Source of the DNA: Azolla caroliniana | Lineage: Eukaryota; Plantae; Polypodiophyta | NCBI GenBank assembly: GCA_043228905.1 | Contig: JBHGNT010000117.1 | Coordinates: forward strand, 13,830-77,829 | Reading direction: 5' to 3' | Length of the DNA: 64,000 bases | Program-made: the position numbers and the translations under genes | Notes under the pieces: generated by a model | What the model saw: the letters and a program-made list of their open reading frames with translations, nothing else | What the model was told of the DNA's origin: nothing | The model's database searches: none | Shown here: positions 51,130 to 63,963 of the stretch, one piece after another | Layout: every line of letters starts with the position of its first letter | Numbering within the stretch: the stretch's first letter is position 1

Positions 51130-52692
51130 TCTAACATATCTTATATGTTGCTTTTTCGGAGGAAATGGCTAACATCCTCGACATTCAATTTATGTCTAGA
51201 GGATGTTATCATGTGGAATTTGCAGATGAGGATTTGGTTAGCAAATTATTAGCAATTAAGGAGGCAGGCATGGAAGGTGCGTGGATCTCTTTTCATAAAT
51301 GGTCACATAATGTTAAGGTAGATGAGATTTTGCAGGATCAGGAATCTAGTATAATTTTTACAACGATATTCCCCGGTTTGAGGAAAGAGTGGAGGAATGT
51401 TCTTCCTCGCATTGGGGCTTTGTCAGGAAAAGTCATTGCTACGCGTGATGGACAACCTTCTGGCTCAGATAGAGTGGGTGGGGTTCCAACTGTTCGGTTG
51501 ATCGCCCCAAGAAGTGTTCGTTTGCCAACAACGATCTCTTTACCTAATTTGCTTACCAATAAACCTCTGGTTATGCAAAATGTGTATTCTCAAGGTTTGC
51601 CTAACCAATGTTTTGTGTGTCATCAGTTTGGTCATTTAGGTCGAGAGTGTCAGAAGTGACACCCAAATGTTGAAGTCCATCCACCTCCTTGATCAACTAA
51701 TAATAATGATGGCTGGTCTTCAGTTTCTACAAAACATGTTTTCAAGCCGACGAATACATTGGTTAACCCATTGTTATTACTTGAAGCTAACCCTTATCAT
51801 TCATTGCAGGAAGTGGAAAAGGATGTCAATAGTAAGAAAGTGGATGTTACAAAGGAACAATGGGTGGAACAGAATTCGCAAGACATCCTTTTACAGGTAC
51901 AAGCGTCGGAACATGTTATAAAGGTTAATAAGCAATCTAATAAGGGTAAACAAATTGTTTTCGGTCTAGTACAACAGATTGATATGTCCTTAATTGTGAA
52001 TGATGTTAAACAAAATGAAGGGATCAAGGTAGATCTTGTAAATGTTGACATGGATAGTGAGAATATAGTTGATTTCACTTCTATTGCTAGGTCTTTGGAT
52101 AGGGTTTCTATAGTAGATAAGCACATGCTAGTGCGTTCACCTAAGGTGATTGGGAAATACCTTTGGGCTAATAAGTGACAATTACGAGCCTCGGAGGATG
52201 GAAGGAAGGGTAGAGATGTCGCACTTGCTGAAAGGAGAATAGGGGGAAAAACTATGATTGATGGATAGGTTAAATATTATTTCATGGAATGTACGGGGCG
52301 TAGGAGGCAAAAATTGTCGTAAAGTAAGGAGTGTTTTCCATCGATAGTTGAGCAAGTCTTTGGTAGGTAGGATCGATATTCTTCTTATTAAAGAGCATCA
52401 TTTAAATGAGCAAAGGATTCAAAAATATGGAAATATGATGCCAAGCAAGTGGAGACAGTTCTGGGTGCCTGCAGCTGGTGATAATTGTTTGAAAGCGAGA
52501 CTTTACATTGCATTAAATGATACTTGGTTGGGTTCCTTCTTGCATTATGGAGTCTTGACATGCGGTCGAGGTCAATATGTAATTTTTCAAATAGGATTGA
52601 AAAAGTGGGGTCTCCTGAATATTTATGCACCGAATCATGCAAGAGATCGAGCAATATTATGGAAACACATACTTTCACAAATACCCATTGTC
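51130..52692 (+). mobile_element. L1-like LINE ORF1 remnant and first half of endonuclease, opposite strand
   Basis: CFVCHQFGHLGREC knuckle; NIISWNVRG, DILLIKEHHL, LNIYAPN. Confidence 0.85.
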
Positions 52693-52854
52693 TCTTATCT
52701 CTTATCTATGCTCATCTGTCTCTCGCACATTACTTCTAACTCTCATTCTTCCTATCCTTAATTTTTCTAACATTGTTGCACAAGCCTTGAAAAATATATA
52801 GCCAATTCCTTTTAACCTTAGTCCTTGCAACTTCGCCGCCCAGATCACTACTCC

Positions 52855-54572
52855 GACAACAACTGTTGCACCCCTGTATTCGGCCTATGTGCTTGACAGT
52901 GCGACCATCAGTTGCTTCTTGCTTCTCTAGGAGATCGCTCCGCTACCAAGGGAGAAGATGAATTCAGAAGTCGATCGTCTATCGACCTTATAGCTGGCCA
53001 AGTCAACATCTGTGTACCCTTCGAGCCGAATGATCGTGTCTGACTTGTATGTGATGCCGAAATCCATCGTCCCACAAATGTACCCTATGTGAATTAGCTA
53101 AGTAGGCTAACCGAATAGCTGAGGTTAGGTTGTGTGATGGTTAGCTAGATGAGGCTACCGATCAATTGACGATATTGAGTCAGCTCGCACTCTTCGGTTC
53201 CCGAATCGACATCCAGCTTGAGATTGCGGTTGAGAGGGCTAGACATAGGTTTGCAGTCGGTCATTCTGAACTTGTAGAGTAAGTTGAGAACGTAGTGTCG
53301 TTGAGAGATCAGCATCCCGATTGGTGTCCGAATTACTTCGATGCCAAGGAGGTAATGGAGCTCGTGCATATCTTTCATTTCGAATGTGTCGGATAGGAGT
53401 GATTTTACCTTATTAATCGCGGTGAGATCCTTTCCTCCGATTACTAGATCATCCACGTACATGATGATGACAATCGGGTTGTTCGACTCGTTTTGGATGT
53501 ACAGGGAGTTGTCGGATTTCGACATTCGAAAACCGATTTGATGAAGATATTGCGTTATCTTCGAATGCCAAGCACACAGTGTTTGCTTAAGGCCGTAGAG
53601 TGGCTTCTTGAGTCGGCACACGGTTTTCGGGTGAGTACGCGATTCGAAGCCAAGTGGTTGTATCATGTACACCTCCTCTTCTAATTCCTCTTGTAGGAAG
53701 GCGTTCTTTATGTCCATCTGGTGGAGGTGCCACCCTTTTGCGGTTGTGAGAGCTATGATTGTCTGAACAGTCGTCATCTTTGCCATCGGGACAAAAGTCT
53801 CCTCGTAATTGGCTTCGTGTGTTTGAGTGTATCCTTTTGCGAAGAGTTGTGCTTTGAAGCGATTTACTGAGCCATCAGCGTTGTATCTGACCTTATAGAT
53901 CCATCTGCTACCTATCGCTTTCCTGTGAGGTGAATGGGGAACAAGGTCCCATGTCTCGTTTTTCCACAAGGCCTGCATTTCTTCATTCATCACGTCGACC
54001 CATCGTGGGTCCTCCATCGCCGGAAAATCTCTGTGTGTCGAATCGGGTGCTACATCATTAGCTCCTTCGACATAACTCCAGTAGCCATGACCGAGCAGGT
54101 ACTGGTGCATCTTGTAAGACCAAGATGCGTAGTTGCTTCTGTCAAGCTTTTCAGTCGGAAGTGAGCTTCCCATTCCTCTGTCCATAGTGCTATCTTTTTC
54201 TTCTCCGAAAGTGAACAACTTCAATTCTATTTCGTCACAAACTTTTCTTGTCAGCTGCAGAGGACTTCAACCCTCGCGCTCTGATACCATGTAGAAGAAT
54301 ACGTTGTGTGGAAGCGTGTGCGTAAACACATAGTACACAGTTCGGAGGAATAAGACAGTTCGGTTAGAACACAGAAAACGCAAAGATGGAGATGGAGATG
54401 CAGAGAGAGAGAGCAGACAATATAAAAACTTAGATTTAAAATAATGACTCTTTGTTCTGTACAAACTTCATGCTCAGTGAGCACATTATATACAAGCCCT
54501 GACAATCGGGCTGACACAAGTACTGACAGTACTTAAATGCTCATAAATGAGCCGACTACACAAACTCCCAAA
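52855..54572 (-). mobile_element. Internally deleted Copia: 5' LTR about 54290-54572, iMet PBS 54276-54289, gag N-terminus fused to RT, RNase H remnant
   Basis: ...tctaCA TGGTATCAGAGCG; EKLDRSNYASWS joined to AMEDPRW...MDIKNAFL...YVDDL. Confidence 0.9.
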
Positions 54573-54664
54573 TTTATTCCTTTACGAGGAATAACGCTCT
54601 AACGGCCTCTTCGGTTTTCACACCAATGCAGCCCTGTTGTGTGTACTTTTTCACGCACCCAATC

Positions 54665-57600
54665 TGTTGGGAGACAGGTCCCTCTGGATGGGAAGGGAGA
54701 AGAGTACTGCTGATGAGCAAACTCGGCCGAAACCGGTTGAGGAGTACCCGGCTACGGAGAGCCAGATGGTGCAGACCTGGTGAGAACCGGATGAGGATTA
54801 CCCGGCTACGGAGAGCCGGATGGTGCAGACCCGGTGAGAACCGGATGAGGATTACCCGGCTACGGAGAGCCGGATGGTGCAGACCCGGTGAGAACCGGAT
54901 GAGGAGTACCCGGCTACGAAGAGCCGGATGGTGAAGACCCGGTGAGGAGTGCTCACCGAATGAAGAGACATATTCGTAAATATGTTTCTGAGAGTCCATC
55001 GTGGCTATATTTGTAAATAGCCGAAAAGTCATATTAGTATAAATATGACTTAGGGCAAACTTTTATGTAGAGGGTTGTCATTCTTGTTGGCGCAAGAGAT
55101 CAGAGTGCGTAACTGTGTACAGAGAGAGAGAGAGAGAGGAAGAGGTCATTGCCTCTATTGTAACCGCCGCCTGTGGTGAAGATAGAAAGCTCGAGGTTGT
55201 TGCCTCGGTGCTTTACTGTTGTACACTGTAACATAGTGATAGTTTGCAGCCTGTGGGCTGCCGTGGTTTTTTCCCTAGTTTGGGTTTTCCACGTAAACAT
55301 CCTGTGTACTCTTCTCTTCTCTGTGTCGTGCATCCATTACCCGTTTTCTGTGTTTGATTCTAGGCTTGGTTGTGGCCGAGCGTTGTTCATCGGAGCGAGT
55401 AGATCCTTTCAATGTGGTATCAGAGCGAAACGACACAGAAAATGGCCAATTCGTTGGGAGGCATGTTCAAGCTCACCGGCTCCAACTATTCGGAGTGGAA
55501 GTCGAAGATGAGGGACATGTTCGTGGTTAAAGATCTTTGGTTGCCGGTTCAGTTTGGGGACAAGAGACCGGACAAAATCGATGCCACGATGTGGGAGGTG
55601 ATGCACATGAAGACAACGGCTTACATACGGTGCTTCATCGACATGAGCCTATACAACAACTTCAATGAAGAGAGCAAGGCTCATGAGCTCTGGGAGAAGA
55701 TCGACATTATGTTTCAGAACAAAAATGTTGTTAATCAGGTTTCGGTATTCCGGAAGCTAGTAAGACTCCGGTACCAAGATGGCTCCAGCATGGCGGAGCA
55801 CATGAATGCCTTCCAGGGGTTGATCCACCAGGCAACATCATTGGAAGTACCTCTCGCCGATGAGGTACTAGCGCTATTCCTGCTCGGTTCCCTCCCGGAT
55901 AGCTGGGAGACGTTGGTTGTCACTTTGGGCAACGCCGGGCCGAAAGGAAAACGGTTATCCCTAGCAAGAGTGAAGTCGAGCTTGCTAGATGAGGAGGCAC
56001 GTCGGAAAGATAAGGATACGAGCTCCGACTCCAAAGTGCTCCTTACCGAATCGGAACGCGGAAGACATAGAAACCGTAGTCCCCAGAACCGGGAGAAGTC
56101 GAGGACACGGTCAAAGTCAAAGGGGAGGCCTACTTGCTTCTATTGCGGCAAGCCAGGACACTTCCAAAAGAACTGTCGGCATTTCCGAAAAGACAAGGAA
56201 ACCGACGGTACCGATTCGAAGCAGACCCCGGACCGGAACAGTAAAGACCGGAGGGGGCCGGACCGGAAGGGAACGACGGCAATCATGGTAAGTGAAGAAG
56301 AGTTGATGCTCATCACCGAGGAGAGTGAGATAAACCTTGCCGGCGACGAGATGACCTGGGTGGTAGACTCCGGAGCATCGTTCCACCTTACCCCGGACCG
56401 GAAATGCTTCTCATCCTACTCAGCCGGTGATCACGGTTGTGTCCGGATGGGGAATGAAGGTACATGCCGAATTGTCGGCATAGGAGACGTGTGGTTGACA
56501 ACACTAACCGGATGCAAGTTGTTGCTGAAGGATGTCCGACACGTTCCGGAGGTTCGACTGAACCTGATATCAGCCGGTCGGCTAGATGATGAAGGCTACA
56601 CGGGTAGCATCCAGAACGGTGTCATGAAGTTCAGCAAAGAGAGCCTGATTGTGGCTCGGGCCCGGAAGGTCAACACATTGTACCTGATGAATGCCCGGTT
56701 ATGTCCAGAGGAAGTGAACGTGGCATCCGACACTGCCGGTGAGTTGTGGCACAAAATGCTGTGTCACATGAGCGAGAAGGGGATGAAGAGGCTTGCAGAC
56801 GACAACCTCATTCCAGTGAAGAACGTGCACTTGGAGAAGTGCACTGATTGTCTGGCCGGTAAGCAAAACCGAACCTCTTTCTGACCAAGGCCACCAATGA
56901 GACATAATGCACCACTAGAGTTGGTGCATACTGATGTGTGTCAAGTGGATACGAAGTCACATGCAGGATCGTAGTACTTCGTGACGTTCATAGATGACCA
57001 CAGCCGGAAGCTGTGGGCCACACCGTTGAAGACGAAGGATCAAGTGCTATCCGTTTTCAAAGAGCTCCACGCAAGAGTGGAAAGAGAAACCGGCCGGAAG
57101 CTGACGGCGGTTCGAGCAGACAACGGAGGTGAGTACCGGGGGCAGTTCGAGGAGTATTGTCGCTCGAAGGGAATCCAGCTCGAATTCACCGTGCCGAAGA
57201 CACCGGAACTAAACGGGCTGGCCGAGAGGATGAACCGAACCATAATGGAGAGGGTTCGGAGTATGCTAGCGCATGCAAAACTACCCAAGAAGTTTTGGGC
57301 TGAGGCACTGTCGACGGCGACATATGTGATAAACAGATCACCCTCAGTACCCTTGGACAGAGACACCCCACAGAGAGTCTGGACCGGTAAGGAAGTGTCC
57401 TACCGGCATCTGAAAGTATTCAGGTTTCTTGCGTATGTGCATGTAGCTAAGGACCGGAGAGGAAAACTAGATACGAAGACCCGGCCATGCATATTCCTCG
57501 GTTACGGCGACAATGAGTTCGGCTACCGAGTGTGGGACCTGGTTGACAAGAAGGTATTCCGGAATCGAGATATTATCTTCATGGAGGACAAGACACTCGC

Positions 57601-58257
57601 CGACTGGGAGTCGGAGAAGAAGATAATGAACTCGGAGTCGACCGGTAAGGATCAATCCTACGATGAGCAGACCCAACCGGCAAGAGACCGGTTAGCACTC
57701 GAGGGACCAGCCGGTTACGGTGAGGATACCGAACAGGCTAAAGAAGAAGTAGAGGAAGCTGAAACCGGAACCGACCAAGACCCTGAATCGGATTCGGATG
57801 AAGAGCAAATGGAGGAGCCGGTTACCGAAGCCCGAAGACGGAGATATCCTCTCAAAGAGAGAAGGGCCCCCCGGAGATTTCTGGATGCAGAGCATGTTCT
57901 GCTGACCAATGAGGGGGAGCCGGAAAGCTTCGAAGAAGCGAAGGATGACACCCACAGCCGAAAATGGTTAAGTGCCATGCAGGATGAGATGGATTCCCTG
58001 CATGAGAACCATACGTACGAATTGGTGGAGTTGCCGAAAGGAAAGCGGGCACTCTGAAACAAGTGGGTGTACAAGTTGAAACCGGGAGATGCCAGCAACC
58101 CCCCAAGATACAAAGCCAAGATCGTGGTGAAGGGGTTCCAGCAGAAGAAGGACGTGGACTTCGACGAGATATTTGCCCCGGTAGTAAAGATGACCTCCAT
58201 CCGGACGGTGCTGAGTATAGCGGCAAGCATGGACCTCGAGGTAGAGCAGCTGGACGT
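54665..58257 (+). mobile_element. Tnt1-like Copia 5' portion: LTR 54665-55411, PBS 55415-55427, gag-pro-int-RT from ATG 55442 with nonsense codons
   Basis: CFYCGKPGHFQKNC, WVVDSGASFH, LWHKMLCH, TFIDDHSR, WLSAMQDEM; cut by the LTR at 58258. Confidence 0.94.
54730..54945. repeat. About 54-bp tandem repeats in the Copia LTR U3
   Basis: gaaccggatgaggattacccggctacggagagccggatggtgcagacccggtga, about 4 copies; related array at 39205-39385. Confidence 0.88.
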
Positions 58258-58543
58258 TGTCATAACTAGACTCGAACCCATAACCTTTTGTTACACGGGT
58301 CGAGACTTTACCATTAGGTTATGAATTGTAATTTGAAGGATATTATTTTCATTTAGGTTTTATTGGGAAATTGATGTATATTCCAGATTTCTCTGGAACA
58401 TTCTAGAAACTTCAGGAGTATTCCTGAAGACACTATAAAAGGAGGCGCAAGGCATTAGTTCGAACCAAATCGGTTCAACGCCAGTCTTAAGCCTTTTAAC
58501 TACTGTTGTATATCTTCCTTCATATAATACATATATCTTTCGC

Positions 58544-58579
<36 letters not shown>

Positions 58580-58790
58580 ACTCATTCCTTCTCTCAAAGT
58601 TCGACACCTCTCATAGTACTAATCCTTCTCTGTCTTAGTACTATTCCCCAACAATAGTACTAATCCTTCTTTTAGTACTAATTCCTTCTCTGCCTTAATA
58701 GAGTTCCTGACAGTTTGAACCGATTTTGGTGTCTGGTCTTTTCTCTCCCTCCTTTCCTACTAGTCTCTTATTTCCCTTTTCCTTCATCCC

Positions 58791-59960
58791 ATGGCCACCG
58801 TTAGCGCTGAAGAGTATCAATCCGTTTTCTCGGAATTTCAATGCTTGAAAGAGAAGTTTCATGCTTTGGAACAAGAAAATCAACGCTTGTTGGGGGATCT
58901 TCAGCAAATTTCCTTAGAAAAGCAGCAAACGCAACAACAGCATGGGGAACTTGCGTTACGCGTGCAACAACTCGAAGCAACCATCGTAGCAATGCAACAA
59001 CAAGGGCACGGAGCACAAGGGATTCATAAAGAACCCAAGATTGGCCTTCCCACGAAGTTCGATGGAACGCGATCGCAGTTTAGAGGGTTTCTTAACCAGG
59101 TACGGTTAGTTATTCAAATGCATCCGTCCCGATATCCCACCGATGCATCACGAGTGGGTTTAGTAGGCACGTTGTTAAATGGCTCAGCATTAGCATGGTT
59201 CGCTCCGCTACTAGAAAAGGAATCTCCAGTACTAAATAATTTTGAAGAATTCATAAGTGAGTTTAAAGCATGTTTTGGAGATACTGACAGCATAAGGACT
59301 GCAATCAACAAAATCCGGCGATTACGCCAAGGTGACCGTCCAGCCTCCGCATATGCTGCAGATTTCCGCCTACTCGCCGCCGATATCCCCTGGGATGATC
59401 AAGCATTGATGGAGCAGTTCCGCTATGGTCTACGCAACGATGTCAAGGATTTACTCTTGACTTTCCCTGAAGAGCCAAAATCATTAACAGAAGCAATCAG
59501 TCGAGCGGTCAGATGTGACAACTGCCTCTTCGAGCGACGTTCGGAACGACAATTTCAGATGCCGAGGGCAAGATCCGAGCCTACCTATGCCTCAGTGGTA
59601 GCAAAACCTTTTCAAAGGGAGTCACATAATGCGCCTCCAGTAAGTACTCCAACTCCAATGGAAATTGACACTACACGTCGTTGTGGGCCGCTATCGGAGG
59701 AGGAAAAGCAACGACGCCGAACAAACCGATTATGCCTTTATTGCGGTGGACCAGGGCATATCGCGATAAATTGTCCCCATAGACCAAGAAGGCAGGTAAA
59801 CCAAGTCGTTGTTAGTTCTGACTATACTAAACCCGAGTCTATTTCAGTAGGAATCTCTGATAGTCCTCATAGTCATAATAGTCCTAATAGTACTAATAGT
59901 CCGAATCTCGCAAACAAATTTGATGTCCTTAGCCAATTAGAAGAAGAGTTAAACGACTAA
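58791..59960 (+). CDS. gag: Gag (PEG10/Sushi-like, CCHC knuckle)
   Basis: 389-aa open frame, CLYCGGPGHIAINC. Confidence 0.92.
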   Translation: MATVSAEEYQSVFSEFQCLKEKFHALEQENQRLLGDLQQISLEKQQTQQQHGELALRVQQLEATIVAMQQQGHGAQGIHKEPKIGLPTKFDGTRSQFRGFLNQVRLVIQMHPSRYPTDASRVGLVGTLLNGSALAWFAPLLEKESPVLNNFEEFISEFKACFGDTDSIRTAINKIRRLRQGDRPASAYAADFRLLAADIPWDDQALMEQFRYGLRNDVKDLLLTFPEEPKSLTEAISRAVRCDNCLFERRSERQFQMPRARSEPTYASVVAKPFQRESHNAPPVSTPTPMEIDTTRRCGPLSEEEKQRRRTNRLCLYCGGPGHIAINCPHRPRRQVNQVVVSSDYTKPESISVGISDSPHSHNSPNSTNSPNLANKFDVLSQLEEELND

Positions 59961-61998
59961 GTCCAGCCAAAATAGGAGCCGTTTGGTTGGACAGCCCTAG
60001 ATCTGTGCAGCCCATTAGTGGTTCCATTCCCTCTAAGCAAGTTAGTGATGTGTTCGTAGCCCAAGTAGCAGTTAGTACTAAAAGTACCCCTCCAGTACAT
60101 ACCTTAGCCCTTCTAGATTCCGGAGCTAATTCTTGCTTCATGGATAGGAATTTTGCCCGAGCTCATCAGATATCTCTCAGAAAGCTCCCATGTCCAGCCT
60201 CAGTAGTAGTCATTGATGGTCGTCCCATTGCTTCTGGTAATATCATAGAAGAGTCGGAACCCGTTAATATTGTCCTAGATAACTTAACATGTGTAGTATC
60301 ATTTAATATTATTAGTATTCCAGAACACCCCATAGTTTTAGGATTACCATGGTTCGAGTTACATAACCCAGACATAGATTGGAGGACAAGGGAAATCCGG
60401 TTGCAACAAACCCAAGGACCTACCCAGAAGGTTGCAACCATTTCGCTACGTCAGTTGCGTAAGGAAGGGCGCAAGGAGGAAATGTTTCTCTTCGCAATAT
60501 CAGTACAACCCTCCAGCACCACCAAAGAGGAGTCCACCGTTCAACTTCCCGAGAAGTATCGTCAGTATGCTGATGTGTTCGATAAAGTACAAGCCAACAC
60601 ACTTCCTCATCATCGGCCGTACGATTGCGCCATCGACTTACAACCGGGAAAAGAGCCGCCATGGGGGCCGATCTACAATTTGTCACCCACCGAGCTAGAA
60701 GTCCTTCGAGCCTATATAGAGGAGAATTTGGAGAACGGTTTCATTCGGCATTCGAAATCTCCAGCCGGCGCACCCATTTTCTTCGTCAAGAAAAAAGATG
60801 GCTCGCTTCGACTCGTTGTAGATTACCGTGGCTTGAATAAGGTCACAGTAAGAAATAGGTATGCTCTTCCCCTTATCTCAAGTCTTTTAGAACGGATCAA
60901 CGGTGCCAGGTTCTTCACGAAGATCGACTTACGAGGAGCCTATAACCTCGTACGGATCCGACCAGGAGATGAATGGAAGACCGCGTTTCGCACCAGATAT
61001 GGGCACTTCGAGTATACGGTCATGCCGTTCGGACTCACTAATGCGCCGGCAGTCTTCCAGCACATGGCGAATGATATATTTCGAGATCTCTTGGATGATT
61101 TTTTGATCATCTATTTGGATGATCTACTGGTTTATTCAAAGACCCAAGAAGAACATGATTCTCATGTACAATTAGTACTAAAACGACTTCGAGAACATGG
61201 TCTGTATGCAAAGTTAGAGAAATGTAGTTTCGGGTGCAACCAAGTGGAATTTCTCGGCTATGTCATCTCCTCAGAAGGCATATCTATGGACCCAGCCAAG
61301 GTCAAAACGGTGATAGAATGGCACACTCCGCATTCGGTGCGGGATGTGCAATGCTTCCTAGGCTTTGCAAATTTTTACCGGAAATTCATACAAAATTACT
61401 CAAAAATTGTGCTGCCTCTCACACAGCTCACCAGGAAGGGACAATCATTCATTTGGTCTAAAGAGACGGACATGGCTTTCGAGAGTCTTAAGAAGGCGTT
61501 TACATCAGCTCCAATTTTAGGTCATGTGGATCCGGAAAAACCATTCATTATCGAAGCTGACGCATCGGATTTCGCATTGGGGAGCATTCTGTCACAACAG
61601 GGTAACGACGAGAAGCTACATCCTGTGGCTTTCCACTCCCGTAAGTTTGACGCCGCCGAAATCAACTACGAAATTCATGATAAAGAGCTATTAGCAATAG
61701 TTGATTCTTTTATGCAATGGAGGCATTTCCTGGAGGGATCTCCTCATCAGGTCACTGTATTCAGTGACCACAAGAACCTTGCCTACTTTCAAGATGCTCG
61801 TGTACTGAATCGACGTCAAGCTCGGTGGGCCCACTTCCTCACACGCTTCGACTTCAAAATTACATATCGTCCGGGGAAGCACCAAGGGAAGGCAGATGCA
61901 TTATCACGGCGTTCGTATCTAACACCACGTCCCGGTGAGCCAGCTTTCGATAACCAGAAGCAAGTAATCTTGGGTCCAGCACGACTGCAAGCAGCACA
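59951..61998 (+). CDS. pol: Pol (protease-RT-RNase H) in the -1 frame, truncated before integrase
   Basis: ALLDSGA, LVVDYRGLN, YLDDLL, IEADASD, YEIHDKELLA, SDHKNL. Confidence 0.93.
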
Positions 61999-63963
61999 GT
62001 GTTATAGGTTTTAGGGTTAGGGTTAAGGATGATGAATGATAAAGATAGACATGGTGGTCATGATGAGGATGATGAAGAGCATGATGATGAGAGATCGTAT
62101 AGAGAAGCATAGAGAAGCATTGCGGGGTGGGGGGTGGTGCCTAGAATGGCTCCACCCCCCCTCCCAAGGGGATTCAACGTTGAGGGGGAGAGAGAGAGAA
62201 AGTGGGATGACAAGAGAGAGATTAGGAGAGAAAATGGTTCATTCTTCATTCATTCCCCATAAGGGGGTTAAATAGTACAAGAGGGGGTAGATACAAAGGG
62301 GTGTAAGCTCCATAGAGCATTCATACTGGACACTCACTCACACCTCATCGTATCCCTCCACATGCACACACGTGTGCATGTGTTCACATACATATCAACT
62401 CACAATTACATTTATGTTCCCTACACATATACAACATCATCATGATAATATTCGACCCTCGCTCATCACACTTGACTCTCCGTACAACTCGTACGGGGTA
62501 ACACATATGGCACGCCCGTGGGAAAGTGCGTTGCACGTCGATCCCACATGCCTTGATGATGATATCTCTTCGACCGGAACTTCCATCGGTCCTTTCAACG
62601 ATCGACTCCCTCGATCGGAGCGCTTGACTCGATCATCTCCATCAGTCAGCGACTTTTCCGCGACACGAACATTCTCATTCTGTCGTCTTACGAACTTTGG
62701 TATCCTCTTTCGGGTCCTTAAAAATGTTGTGTGCATGTATGTTATTCTTTGTTGATTTTGTGAGTTGTCATGGTCGATCACGTCCATTTCTTTAGGTGGA
62801 TGAGATTTCAAAATTTCATAGGTGCCCTTTGATTTTTTAAAATTTTCTTATATACCCTCAGGTTTTTACAATTATGTTTGATACCCTCATCTTTCTTCTT
62901 TCCTTCTCTTCTTTCCCTCTTCTTTTCCATTTCTGTTACTACTTCTTTCTTTCTTTCTCGCCTGCTTTCTTCTTCCTCATTCTTTCTTCCCGTTCTTCCT
63001 TATTCTTCCGTGTATGCCTTTCTCTCTCTTCTTTCTGTCTCTTCTTTCTGTTTCTCAGACTGCATCATCTTCTTCTTTCTCTTCTTCATTCACCACTGCT
63101 ATGTCCATTGTCTGTTGCTTCCCATCCTTCTACTCCCTGTCGTTTCCTGTTTTCTTCTTCCTCTTTCTATTTCTCCATCTTCTTCTATGCCTATCGCTTT
63201 CTTGCTTCTCTGTTTCTGTTTCTTCTTATTTTCTTCGTATTTCTTCCTTTGTTTTGACGCATCCCGTCGGCCTCCTGTTAGGTCTGCGCCTGTGGTGGTT
63301 GTCGGCTCTTCCGAGGTCTCTGTCTCTCTATTCATCCACTGGTTGTTGTCCGGCCATCCGTTGTCCGATCGTCGTCCCATTCCGGCCGTTGTTTGGCGGT
63401 TCTTTGTCCAGCCCGTCTGGCCACTCCGACCACTGTTCGGCTATTCTAGATGCTGCGGTCGCTCCTCGGCCACTGTTTGGCCGTCGTGGCCATCTCCGAC
63501 CGCTGCTGTCCGGCCTCTGCCGTATAGCGTCGTCGTCGTTCGGCCATTTGTCCCTGTCTCCCTCACTGTTGTGGTCGGTCGTCCCTTCGTCTTTCCGGTC
63601 GTTTTTGTCGTTTGTCCGGTTGTCCGGTCCGTTCTGGTCATTGCTTTGTCACTGTGCCGACCGTTACCACTCTGGTTGTCTCTCCATCTCTGCAACCGTC
63701 CCGTCATCTTCCGTCTTCATCACCGTTCTCCGTTCGGTCGTTGGCTTTCCGGTCGTTTCTATCGCCATTCGTCCTTCACTCGAGTTGTTCGGTCTAGTAC
63801 TCTGCGTTGATACCACTGCCTGTTTCCGTTTCTGTTGTCGTCTCTGCCGGTTCGTCATAGTCCAACCTCGTCCGTCGCTTGCCCGCTCTGCACACAATCT
63901 GGCCGCTGCTCTTCGGCCACTCTTTGACTGTTGTGTAGGGTTTCGGGTTGCCATTCGCCGCCG
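61999..63963 (-). mobile_element. Gypsy-like 3' LTR (about 61999-62436) and 3' internal region with a K/E/R-rich extra ORF remnant
   Basis: TG...CA segment starting exactly where pol homology ends; purine-rich minus strand; PTGVPYV motif similar to the one at about 44165. Confidence 0.55.

Larger units (their letters stand above)
58258..61998 (+). mobile_element. Tcn1/Tf1-like chromovirus copy 2: 5' LTR 58258-58712, gag, pol through RNase H
   Basis: TGTCAT...TGACA LTR; uninterrupted gag and pol frames; interrupted at 61999 by another LTR. Confidence 0.94.
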
